This document shows positions 39,241 to 52,990 of a DNA stretch of 64,000 bases, piece after piece (positions within the stretch are counted from its first letter, which is position 1; every line of letters begins with the position of its first letter). The notes below the pieces were generated by a model. That model saw only the letters and a list, made by a program, of their open reading frames with translations. It was not told the origin of the DNA and did not search any database. A program made the translations under genes and the position numbers. The DNA is from Octopus vulgaris (lineage: Eukaryota), in assembly GCA_951406725.2 (NCBI GenBank), contig OX597834.1, positions 9,362,001-9,426,000 of the forward strand, written 5' to 3'.

Positions 39241-40054
39241 TGACTTTTACACTATTTCTTTTCTTTTTGAAACTGAGTATAAGATAGTGTGACGAATATC
39301 ATGAAAAAACACCGTCAACATTTTTCAACTAAGAATTACAACGCAATATAATATATTTGTAGAGATTGAACCAAGGATCGAAACCGAGTCGCATTCTTCG
39401 CTTTTCCAGACGTGATTGTTATCTATCACGCTAATGCTGCAGTAAAGACTTCTTAGTGTAGCACAAGGCTAAACAGTGTCCATTCCTTTTTCTTTATTTC
39501 TGTAGGAAATATTAGTAATGTTGATGTAGTAAGCCATTAATACATTATCTTAACAATCAACGGTGGCGAACTAGCGGAATCGTTAGCCCATCGGACAAAA
39601 TGCTTAGCAGTAGTTCTTACGACTCTTTACGTTGTAAGTTCAAATTCCACCGAGGTCAATAGAGCTTTTTATTCTATCAGGATCGGAGAAATAAGTGCTA
39701 GTCAAGTAATGAGGTCGATGCAATCGACTACCCATCCCTTCCAAAAGTTCTGGCCCTCTGCCAAAACTTTAAACCATTAATTTGGCAATCCCCACAAAGA
39801 CAAAGTCAACGTCTAGGAATTCGAATCCAGAGGATAATGAGAGAGAATTACAAACAGCCAAAAATATGAATGTAGCTGCAACATAGATAGGCGCAGCGAA
39901 TGGATTGTGCCAAGAATAAATTCTCATAGTAATTACATGGTTGCGGTTTCGATTCTAAATTGCAGTGTGCTGTAGTTTATTCGAATACAGCCATGGGTTG
40001 ATTAATAATTGTCTGAACAGAATTTCGTTGCCGAAAACTACAAAATCTTCTCGA

Positions 40055-40088
<34 letters not shown>

Positions 40089-40184
40089 TTTTGGGTGAGT
40101 TTACGAAAAAAAGAATAAAAGACGAAGACAGATGGTGTAGAAAACAAACAGATGTATTAGTATAACGCTCAGGAATAGAAAAAG

Positions 40185-40222
40185 TATTTTACGTTTCCAA
40201 CCTACGCTCTTCTACAGAAAGG
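40185..40222 (-). ncRNA. Degenerate minimal hammerhead motif within a (TA)n-flanked insert (~40085-40293)
   Basis: Minus strand CCTTT-CTGTAGA-A-GAGC-GTAG-GTTG-GAAA-C-GTA-AAATA. Confidence 0.5.
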
Positions 40223-41369
40223 GACACAAAAAAAAAACAAGGAGAGAAACAAGGAGAGAAAAAAATGTGTGTAGTGGCTAACGATCTATCATGTATATAT
40301 ATATATATATATATATATACAAATTCCGCCGAGGTCGACTTTGCCTTTCATCCTTTCGGGGTTGATGTAATTGAATTAATCCCTTTGTCTGTCCTTGTTT
40401 GTCACCTCTATGTTTAGCCCCTTGTGGGAAATAAAGAAATATATATATATATGTGTGTATATTGATAATATATATATATATATATAGACATATATTACAC
40501 GTGTTAGAGAGGTGTAACGCAGAGGAGTACTCTCTATATTATATAATTATGTGAGTCTAAGATATACAAAAATGGAAGCCTGAAAAATATCTAACAATTG
40601 TGATTATATAAGTTATTACATTAGACAGTAGTTCACGCATTGAGCAACATCACGAACATTTCTTTCAATGGGCATCACTCTACCGATATCAGTTGATCGG
40701 AAAATTTTGGATTCGACGGACAATGTAGCTTAGACTGGATCTTGCATCTAATGCCAAACAGTGAAAGAAATAAAGATGTTTTAAACATATAAGATTTTAG
40801 CCAGCATACAGCACCCAAGAAGAATTATATATGGTTTCTATCGATATATACACACAAGAAGCTACGTGTATAGCGAAAACAGGTAGATTTCAATACCGTT
40901 GAAAAGACAGGGCTAAGTTTATTAAATGGCACATGCTTGCAATAGCTGAAGAACAAAAGCATGCATCGAATAAATCACTGCTGAGAAACTCAGAGTTTTT
41001 AATGTAAGTGGTGTATGCCTCTGTCATTTAACATGTGTGTGTGTGTGTTCCCTTTTGGAATCTATAAAATATGTACCACTTGAGCATTGTGGTCGATGTT
41101 ATTGTCTAAATCTTCCTCGTGAAATTATGGTACTTGGCCCAAAATTTGAAATCTTTTTCAACATGATAGAATCGTTTGCACGTCGGACAAAATGCCAAAC
41201 CACATTTCTTCCAGCGTTACGTTCCCACTTCAAATTCCGCAGCGGTCAACTTTGCATTTCGTCCAAACGGTGTTAACAAAATATGTAGCAGTTAAACACC
41301 GAGGTCGATGAAATCGACTAGCCCCCGAAATTCCAGGTCCTTATTATTATTTTAATTATCCTTGTTACT

Positions 41370-41965
41370 TTCGGGACAAGGTCAGAAATTTTCAAAAATG
41401 GGTCCAGTCGATTACATCGACCCCAGTGTAATAGTACTTATTTTATCGACTCCGAAAGGATGACAGCAAAGTGAACCTCGACGAAATTTGATCTCACAAT
41501 ATATATTTCTTTACTACCCACAAGGGGCTAAACACAGAGAGGACAAACAAGGACAAACGGATTAAGTCGATTATATCGACCTCAGTGCATAACTGGTACT
41601 AAATTTATCGACCCCGAAAGGATGAAAGACAAAGTCGACCTCGGCGGAATTTGAACTCAGAACGTAACGGCAAACGAAATACTATTTTTTTACTGCCCAC
41701 AAGGGGCTACACAGAGAGGGGACAAACAAAGACAGACAAATGGATTAAGTCGATTATATCGACCCCAGTGCATAACTGATACTTAATTTATCGACCCTGA
41801 AAGGATGGAAGGCAAAATCGACCTCGGCGGAATTTGAACTCAGAACAAAACGGCAGACGAAATATGGCTACGCATTTCGCCCGGCGTGCTAACGTATCTG
41901 CCAGCTCGCCGCCTATGATCTCACAATATAAAGACGGACGACATACATCTAGGCATTTTATTCGG
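41370..41965 (-). mobile_element. Young SINE B dimer (41505-41914) inserted in the head region of an old SINE B, same orientation
   Basis: TSD tgatctcacaatata at 41489-41503 and 41916-41930. Confidence 0.9.
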
Positions 41966-42000
41966 CGAGCTTAATTTATTCCTGCAAAGTCGACCAACTC

Positions 42001-42101
42001 AAACTCACCACTATATCGTTTGTATTATAATTAATACCAACAAGGCACAACAAACTCACCACTAATATCGTTTGTATTATAATTAATACCAACAAGGCAC
42101 A
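42001..42101. repeat. Tandem duplication of about 50 bp
   Basis: aaactcaccacta(a)tatcgtttgtattataattaataccaacaaggcaca, two copies. Confidence 0.92.
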
Positions 42102-42634
42102 TTAAGGCACAGTTTAAGCGATTAATATAGTCGATCGCACCGTTCGTTCCTTGTGCTTCTGTCAGAAATCAACGTAATCGAAAGAGTATGATGTAATACA
42201 TATATACAAAAGTCAGTGGAAGCCAGAGATTATCTGAACTCATTTCGTTAGTTTAAGAAAGGAAAGCACACACACTTCGGAACCAATTACTTATTTCCTT
42301 CTACTACCGTTTCTGCCATTTCTTGTTTACAGTGTTTAATCACAACATAACTTGACAGAGATTGACATGACTGGATTGGGCGCAACGCCAGCAGTTGTAA
42401 GAGCAGCAGCAGTAGTAGTAGTAGTAGTAGGTTCGGTATAGCTTCATCAACAGCATTGCTCGTAGTTGTATAAGCATCCACAGCAATGCAGCAGCAGCAG
42501 TAATAGCAGCAGCAGCAGCAGCAGTGAAAGTTATAAGATGTCAGCTGTAATTAAATAATAGCAGTAATCACAGGCGACAGATTGTAAGCGCAACATCTTT
42601 CACAGGAAAGTTAATCGAGGCCGATCTATAAACG

Positions 42635-43286
<652 letters not shown>

Positions 43287-43290
43287 TAAA

Positions 43291-43700
43291 GGAGGCGAAC
43301 TGGCAGAAACGTTAGCACGCCGGGTGAAAAGCTAAGCGGTATTTCGTCTGCCGCTACGTTCTGAGTTCAAATTCCGCCGAGGTCGACTTTGCCTTTCATT
43401 CTTTCGGGATCGATTAAATAAGTACCAGTTACGCGCTGGGGTCGATGTAATCGACTTAATCCCTTTGTCTGTCCTTGTTTGTCCCCTCTATGTTTAGCCC
43501 TTGTGGGTAATAAAGAAATAGGTATTTCGTCTGCCGCTTTCTGAGTTCAAATTCCGCCGAGGTCGACTTTGCCTTTCATTCTTTCGGATCGATTAAATAA
43601 GTACCAGTTACGCGCTGGAGTCGATGTAATCGACTTAATCCGTTTGTCTGTCCTTGTTTGTCTCCTCTATGTTTAGCCCTTTGTGGGTAGTAAAGAAATA
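43291..43700 (+). mobile_element. SINE B dimer in (TA)n
   Basis: Two units joined at aaagaaata|ggtatttcgtctg. Confidence 0.92.
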
Positions 43701-43797
43701 TATATATATATATATGCGTACATACACACTTACGTACGTACTCTTGTGAGTTCGTTGTGGATCAAGCGTATATTTTTCTTAACATTTTCTCGCACTG

Positions 43798-43829
<32 letters not shown>

Positions 43830-44043
43830 CACCTTCGAAACACGCATTGAGTCAAAACAGGGGCAGCCGAAGAAGGGGAATGTCCCTTGTATTGTTTGTC
43901 TTGTACTCTATTTTTTCGTTGTTAAAAAAAGTCCGTTTCTTTGTTTAGTTCTATGTTTTCGTTTCTCGTTGTGTTCTGCGTCTATTTGTGGTGTCCTGTA
44001 CTCATATATGCATGTATATATACATGTAGATGTAGGTCTGTAC

Positions 44044-44076
<33 letters not shown>

Positions 44077-44125
44077 TGTATGTATGTATGTATGTATGCA
44101 TATGTTTTATTTATTAAATTGTTAG

Positions 44126-44157
<32 letters not shown>

Positions 44158-44276
44158 AAGGGGGAAGCTACATATTGAGACGATAAACACACACACACAT
44201 ATATACTTATATACACACTCACGTACGTACTCTAGTGCATGCGTTGTGGATCAAGCGTATATTTTTCTAAACATTT

Positions 44277-44500
44277 GAGCTGGCAGAAACATTAGCACGC
44301 CGGGCGAAATGCGTAGCCGTATTTCGTCTGTCGTTACGTTCTGAGTTCAAATTCCGCCGAGGTCGACTTTGCCTTTCATCCTTTCGGGGTCGATAAATAA
44401 AGTACCGGTTTCCCACTGGGGTCGATGTAATCGACTTAATTCCATTATCTGTCCTTGTTTGTCCCCTCTATATTTAGCCCATTGTCGGTAGTAAAGAAAT
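44277..44500 (+). mobile_element. SINE B monomer
   Basis: TSD acattt at 44271-44276 and 44501-44506. Confidence 0.9.
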
Positions 44501-44859
44501 ACATTTTTCACACAATATCGCTTTATATATGTGTGTGTGTGTGTGTGTGTGTATGTGTGTGTGTGTGTATGTGTGTGTGGAGAGAGAGAGAGAGAGAGAA
44601 AGGGCGGGAGAGAGAGAAAGGGTGGGAGAGAGATAGAGAGAGAGAGGGAAGCCATATATTGTGATTTTCTTGGGACTCGGGATTCAACGCTTTCGATAGA
44701 GATAACCTGTTGAGAATCCATTTACAATAACGAGTTTAGGTTCCAGATACGTTAGGAATAATAATTCGATTATAATATGTATGATTATTATTGGTGGCTT
44801 CTACTTTGTACGTGTGTGTAAGAGAAAGGCGGAGGAAAGAGAGGGCACTTATGAAGAGT

Positions 44860-45367
44860 GTGTGTGTGTGACTATGTATTTCTATATGTGTATGTATGCA
44901 TAAATATATATGTACACACATACACACACATAAATACGCACAAACACACATACATATATATACATACACACACATAAACACAAGTATATATATATACACA
45001 CACATATATACATACGCACACATATCTATATACACATTCACGTATACACACACATATATACACACACATACACACTATGTATCCCAATATGTGTATGTAT
45101 GCATACATATATATGTACACACATACAGACATAAATACGCATACACATACACATATATATATATACACACATATATATGTGCACACATCTATATATACAT
45201 TCACATACACACATATAGACACATATATATACACACACACACTTATACACACACATATACACACACATATATACACACAGATATATACACACATACGTAT
45301 ATACACATGCACATATGTATACCCCCCACACAAAACATACACAGACATATATACTTACACACACACA

Positions 45368-45409
<42 letters not shown>

Positions 45410-45415
45410 TGTGTG
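44860..45415. repeat. CA/TA compound microsatellite with an internal higher-order duplication
   Basis: atatgtgtatgtatgcata..gtacac..cataaatacgca occurs twice. Confidence 0.85.
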
Positions 45416-46046
45416 TCTGTATTCTTTGTGTGTATGTGGAACGCGTGTGTCTTAAGCTCCACACAAATCATGAGCTACATATGAAGCAGGCCTTGTCTCC
45501 ATAAATCAAAAGCTGTGTAAATATACTAAGCAAATTTATACAGAATCAAATTAAATATATATACGAGCGCACCAAATATTTATACACGAGAATATGTATC
45601 AGTGTGAATGTTGTGCTTGCCAGACCTTGGTTCCGCAAAACGTATGATCAAAAGTGCTGCAAATCTCACCAGCAAGCCATTTGTTTTTAATTGTTTTACC
45701 AATCTTTTTAGGCGTTTGGTTCGTTAGACCGCCGTCTCATTGGGCCTCCGAATGAATCGCCCCCACAGGAGTTAGTCTCAGAACTCGACAAGCTAGGCTT
45801 CTAATTTTCATTTTCGTGCTTATTTGTTCTATAGCTATCTTTTGTTGAACTGCTAAGTTGTGGGGACATAAACAAACCAGCACCGGTCGCCAAGCGATTG
45901 TGGGGAATAAATACAGATACATATACTTATATATGTATATGCGAATATGCGCGTGTGTGTGTCTGTGTGTCTACGTGAATGATGGGCTTCTACATAGTTT
46001 CTCTCTTACAAAATTCTCTCACAAATTGATCGTCCTACAGCTGTTG

Positions 46047-46390
46047 TCTTCTTCTTCTTCTTCTTCTTCTTCTTCTTCTTCCATTCCTGTCTCACGTCAT
46101 TAGCCACAAAGAATAATCTCTAATTCGAGTCTACTCAAAGCTACTAAAAATGCGTGTGGCAACTTGAAGATCCACCCACCACACGCGATAGACTGGCGGT
46201 TGCACGGGCGCGAAAGCTGCGTTATTATCATCATTCAGTAAACGGTGGCTTTTAACGGGTGGAGAGCTTAACCGTCCTGAGGCACAGAGGATTCGCATCT
46301 AGACTAGGGTCTGAAAGTTTACCACACCATAGTGGGTTACACCATGGTTCTTCTGCTTTGTGAGAGAAAGTTGTGGTGAAAGAGTGCACT
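46047..46390 (-). mobile_element. 5'-truncated SINE C with tail type iii ending in (GAA)n
   Basis: Reverse complement of about 48920-49255. Confidence 0.85.
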
Positions 46391-47495
46391 CCGAAGTATT
46401 TTGGCCGGCGTGTTAACGATTCGGCCAGCTTACCGTCTTCATAATAATAATAATAATAACCCTATCTATAGATACAAGGCCTGACATTTTAGGGGAGGGG
46501 AATAGTCGATTGAATCGACAGCAGTACTTGAACGGTATTTATATTATCGGTGTCGAAATGATTATTATTATTATTATTATTATTATTAGTAGTAGTAGTA
46601 GTAGTAGTAGTAGTGATGGTGGTGGCCCTCTGTTGTTGATGACGACTCATTACGAGCCTTTCAGAATTTCTCAGATAGCATGATCTCAAGTTTCCTTTCC
46701 GTTTGAAGACGGGTAGGTTGTGATATTGGGAGAAATTGGTAATTATTTCCAGCAGGTCAAGAGACCGCTCAGAAAGTATGTCCAAATGAAAGTCGAACTG
46801 TTAAGTGAAGGCAAAGTCGACCTCAAAGTGCGAATGAATTAGAGTGCATTATGATATGATGATACAGGAATCACACATTCCTCTTTCGTGTAGAATAATT
46901 AGAGGGAGTCTTCGATGATATATCGTATAGGTCGTACAAATGCCTATCACACTTCCTGGCTTTGCATGCAGGAATATTGTGCTTAGTGTTCGTAAAAGTA
47001 CACGGGGAAGTTACACACGCACCCAGACATATAATATATTTGTATATATTACATATATTATCCCACTGGGGCTAATATATGCCAAATATAACAATATTAT
47101 ATATATAATATGTAAGAATAACATGTGTAATATATACAATTATGCGTGTAATATATATTTTTTTACGTACCATAATAATGCAATTCATAAAATATTAATA
47201 TATGTAATGTGACCGGATTCTGGTGTCGCCCACTATAGTTGCCAATGTGTACTTTCTGGTTTAAGACAAAGATTTTGTTGTTAGAAAATATTTGTTGTTA
47301 TTTCTCATAGATTGAGCGACAATTTTAAGTGTCTCTGAATGGTTTCCCCTATCGAAGTTCTATATGGAAATAAAGATGGCGGCTCGCATAAACAGAAGCC
47401 AGTCATTTTCTTACTTATTGGCTCATCAGAATAATTTTCTTTTCCTTTCTAGTCCGTATATACATTCACAAACATAAATTTTTCCGAATACTTTG

Positions 47496-47534
<39 letters not shown>

Positions 47535-47540
<6 letters not shown>

Positions 47541-47730
47541 AATATAGAAATATAATAAAGGGCTCCCAAATAAGGAAGCCTAGTGCTAGAGACACAAAAA
47601 AAGGCTTCCTTATTTGGGAGCCCTTTATTATATTTCTATATGAATAATATTTTGTCTAATGACTAATTCGTCTTTTGTGCTAGGCCACTGGTAATAATAT
47701 TCTATGTTATAACCCTTTTTGATTATTTCA
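47535..47730. mobile_element. Fold-back insertion in (TA)n: perfect 40-bp inverted repeat plus ~90-bp tail
   Basis: 47542-47581 versus 47602-47641. Confidence 0.8.
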
Positions 47731-48099
47731 TATATATATATAAGACACTTTTCCAAGGTTCCACGCAATGGGAACCATCACGGAACTACGCAATCATAAA
47801 ACAAGCTCCTTACCACACAGCCACACTTGCTTGTGTGTGTGTTCGATAGTGTGTATGTGTGAGTATGCAAATTCATTTTTATGCATTGAACTGTTCAACA
47901 AGCACACTATTTGAAAAATACGCATTATTGGAATGGCTTTCATAATTCATTCTAGAACAATCGAAAGAGAATGGTATTTAAGCATTTTAGTCGATCAATA
48001 TAAACGTAGTCTCCGTAATCTGAAGCAAATTTAAAAGTGCCAATAGAAAGAACCCTCTGACTTTGAGACAGTAACTTGTGGCTGTAACGTCTGAAACTG

Positions 48100-48517
48100 G
48101 TACTCCGTCGGTTAAGACGATGAGTGTGCCAGTGATCCGATCAACGGAACAGCCTGCTCGTGAAAATAACGTGCAAGTGGATGAGCACACCACAAGCATG
48201 CATACGCTTAACGTAGCTCTCTAGGAGAGTCGGAGTCTCACGGAACGTGACAAGGCTGGCCCATTGAACTCCAGTTACGTTGTGAGTTCAAATTCCGCCG
48301 AGGTCGACTTTGCCTTTCATCCTTTCGGGGTCGATAAATTAAGTACCAGTTACGCACTGGGGTCGATGTAATCGACTTAATACCTATGTCTGTCCTTGTT
48401 TGTCCTCTCTGTGTTTAGCCCCTTGTGGGTAATTAAGAAATAGGAATGTGACAAGGCTGGCCCATTGAACTCCATTTACAATTTATCTTTGCTAGCTGAG
48501 TGGACCACAGCAACATG
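48100..48517 (-). mobile_element. SINE D-type fragment with tail i, interrupted by a 5'-truncated SINE B (48279-48442, plus strand)
   Basis: 37-bp duplication at 48242-48278 and 48443-48479 flanks the B insert. Confidence 0.8.
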
Positions 48518-48518
48518 A

Positions 48519-49255
48519 GTGGAGGCGCAATGGCCCAGTGGTTAGGGCCGCGGACTCGCGGTTGTAAGAGCACGGCGAGCTGGCAGAAACGTTAGCACGC
48601 CGGACGAAATGCGTAGCCGTATTTCGCCTGCCGTTACGTTCTGAGTTCAAATTCCGTCGAGGTCGACTTTGCCTTTCATCCTTTCGGGGTCGATAAATTA
48701 AGTACCAGTTGCGCACTGGAGTCGATGTAATCGACTTAATACCTATGTCTGTCCTTGTTTGCCCCCTCTGTGTTTCGCCCTTGAGGGTAATAAAGAAATA
48801 GGTTGCAAGAGCACGGTTTCGATTCCCAGACCGAGTATTGTGGGTGTTTATTGAGTAAAAACACCTATGCTCCACGAGGTTCTGGCGGGGATGGGTAGTG
48901 AACCCCGCTGTTCTCTTTCACAGCAACTTTCTCTCACTCATTCTTCCTACTTCTGCCATAAAGCAGAGGAACCATGGTGTAACTCACTATGGTGTGGTAA
49001 ACTTTCAGACCCTAGTCTAGATTGCGAATCATCTGTACCACGGGATAGTTCGGCTCTCCACCCGTTAAAAGCCACCGTTTACGGAATGAGGTTTTTGCGC
49101 CTGTGCAACCGCCAGTCTATCGCGTGTGGTGGGTGGATCTTCAAGTTGCCACACGCAATTTTAGTAGCTGAGAGTAGGCTCGAATTAGAGGTTATTCTTT
49201 GTGGCTAATGGCATGCGTCCTGATTGGAAGAAGAAGAAGAAGAAGAAGAAGAAGA
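48519..49255 (+). mobile_element. Full-length SINE C with tail iii and (GAA)n; SINE B (48574-48800) nested in its tRNA head
   Basis: Head ggaggcgcaatggcccagtggttaggg; TSD ggttg(t/c)aagagcacgg at 48560-48575 and 48801-48816. Confidence 0.9.
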
Positions 49256-49460
49256 CAGCAACATAAAATAGCAAAATATTCCCCAAGGATAATATGTAAC
49301 ACAGGGTAGCGAGCTTTACAACCATGAGCCGTTTACCTTAACCATTAAGCGACGCACCTTCTAATTATAACTTCTACCGGTTAATGAAAATACGCACACA
49401 GTCACATTCGCACTGTCTCTGCGCACGTGATGTATATATATATATATTATATATATATAT

Positions 49461-49845
49461 ACTCTTTTACTTGTTTCAGTCATTTGACTGCGGCCGTGCT
49501 GGAGCACCGCCTTCAATCGTGCAACTCGACCCCGGGACTTATTCTTTTGTAAGCCCAGTACTTATTCTATCGGTCTCTTTTGCCGAACCACTAAGTAACG
49601 GGGACATTAACACACCGGCATCGGTTGTCAAGCAATGCTAGCGGGACAAACACAGACACACACACATATTTTTATATATATATACATATATACGACGGGC
49701 TTCTTTCAGTTTCCGTCTACCAAATCCACTCACAAGGCTTTGGTTGGCCCGAGGCTATAGTAGAAGACACTTGCTCAAGGTGCCACGCAGTGGGACTGAA
49801 CCCGGAACCATGTGGCTGGTAAACAAGCTACTTACCACACACCAC
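49461..49845 (-). mobile_element. SINE A
   Basis: Family match. Confidence 0.92.
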
Positions 49846-49848
49846 TCC

Positions 49849-49885
<37 letters not shown>

Positions 49886-49922
49886 AGTGTGTGTTTATAA
49901 GTATGTATGTTCGTATGCATAC

Positions 49923-49963
<41 letters not shown>

Positions 49964-50269
49964 TGCCTGCATACATATAAACATGTATGTGTGTGTCTAT
50001 ACATTGATATTTAAGTCGACAGCGGTCGGAAAACGGTGTCTGTTTTTTTATGGCCGTTTAGAATGCAATGACTGTACCAAGTGAAAGAGTATGTCAATGT
50101 CTGTAGCACTGTATGTTTAATACTTCTGTTTGTATACTTGCCAGGAATTGGGTTGTATAGTCTTCGTTGCTTATGTCAGTTAAATTAAGTGTATATACTA
50201 ATGATTATAAACATGTCCATTGACCTTCTCTCTTTGTCCTTTTTGTGTATGTATGTATTTGTCTTTATG

Positions 50270-50274
<5 letters not shown>

Positions 50275-50323
<49 letters not shown>

Positions 50324-50373
50324 AACATACTCATATATACACACATATATATATATAAAACATACTCATATAT

Positions 50374-50417
<44 letters not shown>

Positions 50418-50655
50418 ATACTCATATATACACACACATATATATAAACATACTCATATATATACACACACATATATAAACATATATATATACACACACA
50501 TATATAAACATATATATATACACACACATATATAAACATATATATACACACACATATATAAACATATATATATATACACATATATATATAAACATACTCA
50601 TGTATACACACACATATATATATATATATATAAACACATTCTCATATATACACAC
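50275..50655. repeat. Minisatellite-like aaacata(ctca)tatatacacacacatatata array
   Basis: Directly visible. Confidence 0.9.
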
Positions 50656-52388
50656 ATCGTTTACTTGTGTTCTCTGGAACTAAATCATTGTCTTTCTCTT
50701 TCTCTCTCAATCTTTGTTAATATTTTCCTCACCCTCCGTTCTCTCCTGCTCTTCTCCTCTTTCTCCTCTCCTTTTTCTCCTCTCCTTCTCTCTCTGTCCT
50801 TCTCACCTCCCCCTCCGTCATATTTTCCTGCTGTTCCTTCGTGCTTCTTTCTCTTCTTTTTTTTATCATTCATTCATTCCAAACAAGATTCCTTGTCTTT
50901 TGTTATTTCCTTCATTAACACACCATTCTGCTATCTCTCGTTTTTCTCTTTCTTCACATCCTCAGTTAATTCAAACGTGTGTAGCACCACCTCGTCTCTT
51001 TCTACTATATTTCTCATTCATAATATCTCTTCTCTCACTCAATCACTCCGTTTTCTTTCCTTCCTTTCTTTGCTCTCCTCATCCTTTCTCTCTATCTTAC
51101 CCGCTCTCATCCACTCGTTCACAAATTCAGCTCTCCATTCGATCTCCTATTCCCACGTATTCACCCAGCCGATTAATCATTCACTCAGCTATCCCCATAA
51201 ACTCATTCATTTAACTATCACTTCAGCATCCGCTCACATTCACGCGCACGCGCACAAATGGGCCCCACACATGTTTCCCCCCTACACACGTACTCGCCCA
51301 TTCATGCACTCTCCTTGTCAAATCCTGTTGCAGTCACCTGGTCAAATATTCACTCATTCGCGTTAGCTGAACGATGAAAAGAGAAATGCCGCGAAGAAAA
51401 CTAAAATAACAAAAAAATAACAATAACCTAGTGTTGCCTTCTGCATAAAGAACACGCAGTTAAGTGAAGGAGTAATCATAATATAGTCAAGCAAATAAAG
51501 GGAGATCGTTGTTAGTTAATTAAAATTGCTCACCTAATGAAGAAAATAATCGTTAGCTCTAATGATTAATAATAATTAAAGTTAATGATTTTTGTAGTTT
51601 TGACGGATGAAAGGGATTACCCACCCCAGCGAAATTTGAACCCGTCAAATTAGAGAATGATGCTACGAAATACTGTTTGTAATTCAGTCTTGTGTTGTAA
51701 ACTTCTTGATCGTTATTGTCACTTCGATCCCTGCTGAGTAAGATACCGGATTATTGATTGCTTCTTCAGACACACTTTTATTTTTAAAGATTATTTGTTG
51801 GTTTTTGTTTTGGTATTTGTACTCCTGCATCTCCTTTTAATCGACCAGACCGTTCATCAAAAACGTTCCAGCAATGACTGTCCCGTCATTGTTTTTTTTT
51901 TTATCTTTGTTATGTTGGCAGAATGGTTAAGAAGGTGACTTTTACATTCGTGTGTTCTCGGTTTCGATCGACAGTCCCGTCGTTGTTTTCCTTGTTTATC
52001 TGTTGTTGGCAGAATGTTTAAGAAGCTAATTTCACAATCAAGTGGTCCAGTGTTCAATCGACAGTTCCGATATTGATTTTTGTTTTTATATCATATTAAG
52101 CCAATGGTTAAGAATCTAGTTTTATATTGACGAAGTCCCGGATTATATCACATTTCTTGCTTACTTCGGTAATTTTCGTTCACTTTATCTTCGGACTTAC
52201 CTAAGTATTGTAAACAAAACAGGGTGGGCAAAAACTCTCTATAGTCCCGTAGAATTCCTTGTAAAGGTAGTTCATAGACCGGCTATTTCACACTGTATCC
52301 TTTGTCATGTTGAGTCCTCTCAGGATTATGTCGTGGTTAAACGTGCCAGCAGCATACTCCATCGCTTAAACATTAATGCCAAAACGTA

Positions 52389-52990
52389 AGGCGAGGAGCT
52401 TGCAGAAACGTTAGCACGCCGGGCGAAATCTCTATCAGTATTTCGTCTGACGTTACGTTCTGAGTTCAAATTCCGCCGAGGTCGACTTTGCCTTTCATCC
52501 TTTCGGGGTCGATAAATTAAGTACCAGTTACGCATTGGTGTCGATGTAATCGACTTAATACCTATGTCTGTCCTTGTTTGTCCCCTTTATGTTTAGCCCC
52601 TTGTGGGCAATAAAGAAATAGGCATTTCGTCTGCCGCTACATTGTGAGTTCGAATTCCGCCGAGGTCGACATTGCCTTTCATCCTTTTGGTGTCGATTAA
52701 ACAAGTAACAGTTACGCACTGGGGTCGACGTAATCGACTTAATCCGTTTGTCTGTCCTTGTTTGTCCTCTCTGTGTTTAGCCCCTTGTGGGTAGTAAAGA
52801 AATAGGTATTTCGTCTGTCTTTACGTTCTGAGTTCAAATTCCGCTGAGGTCGACTTTGCCTCTCATCCTTTCGAGGTCGATAAATTAAGTACCAGTTACG
52901 CACTGGGATCGTCATAATCGACTTAATCCCTCTCTCTGTTCTTCTTTGTCTCCCCTCTATGTTTAGCCCCTTGTGGGCAATAAAGAAATA
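52389..52990 (+). mobile_element. SINE B trimer
   Basis: Units joined at aaagaaata|gg(c/t)atttcgtctg. Confidence 0.92.

Noticed and set aside
48519-48575. tRNA-Arg-like gene (also near 8150-8227 and 11958-12010)
   Set aside because: It continues into a SINE body and lacks a proper acceptor stem; it is a SINE head
50665-51366. 233-aa S/L/F-rich ORF
   Set aside because: The pyrimidine-rich tract lacks stops by composition
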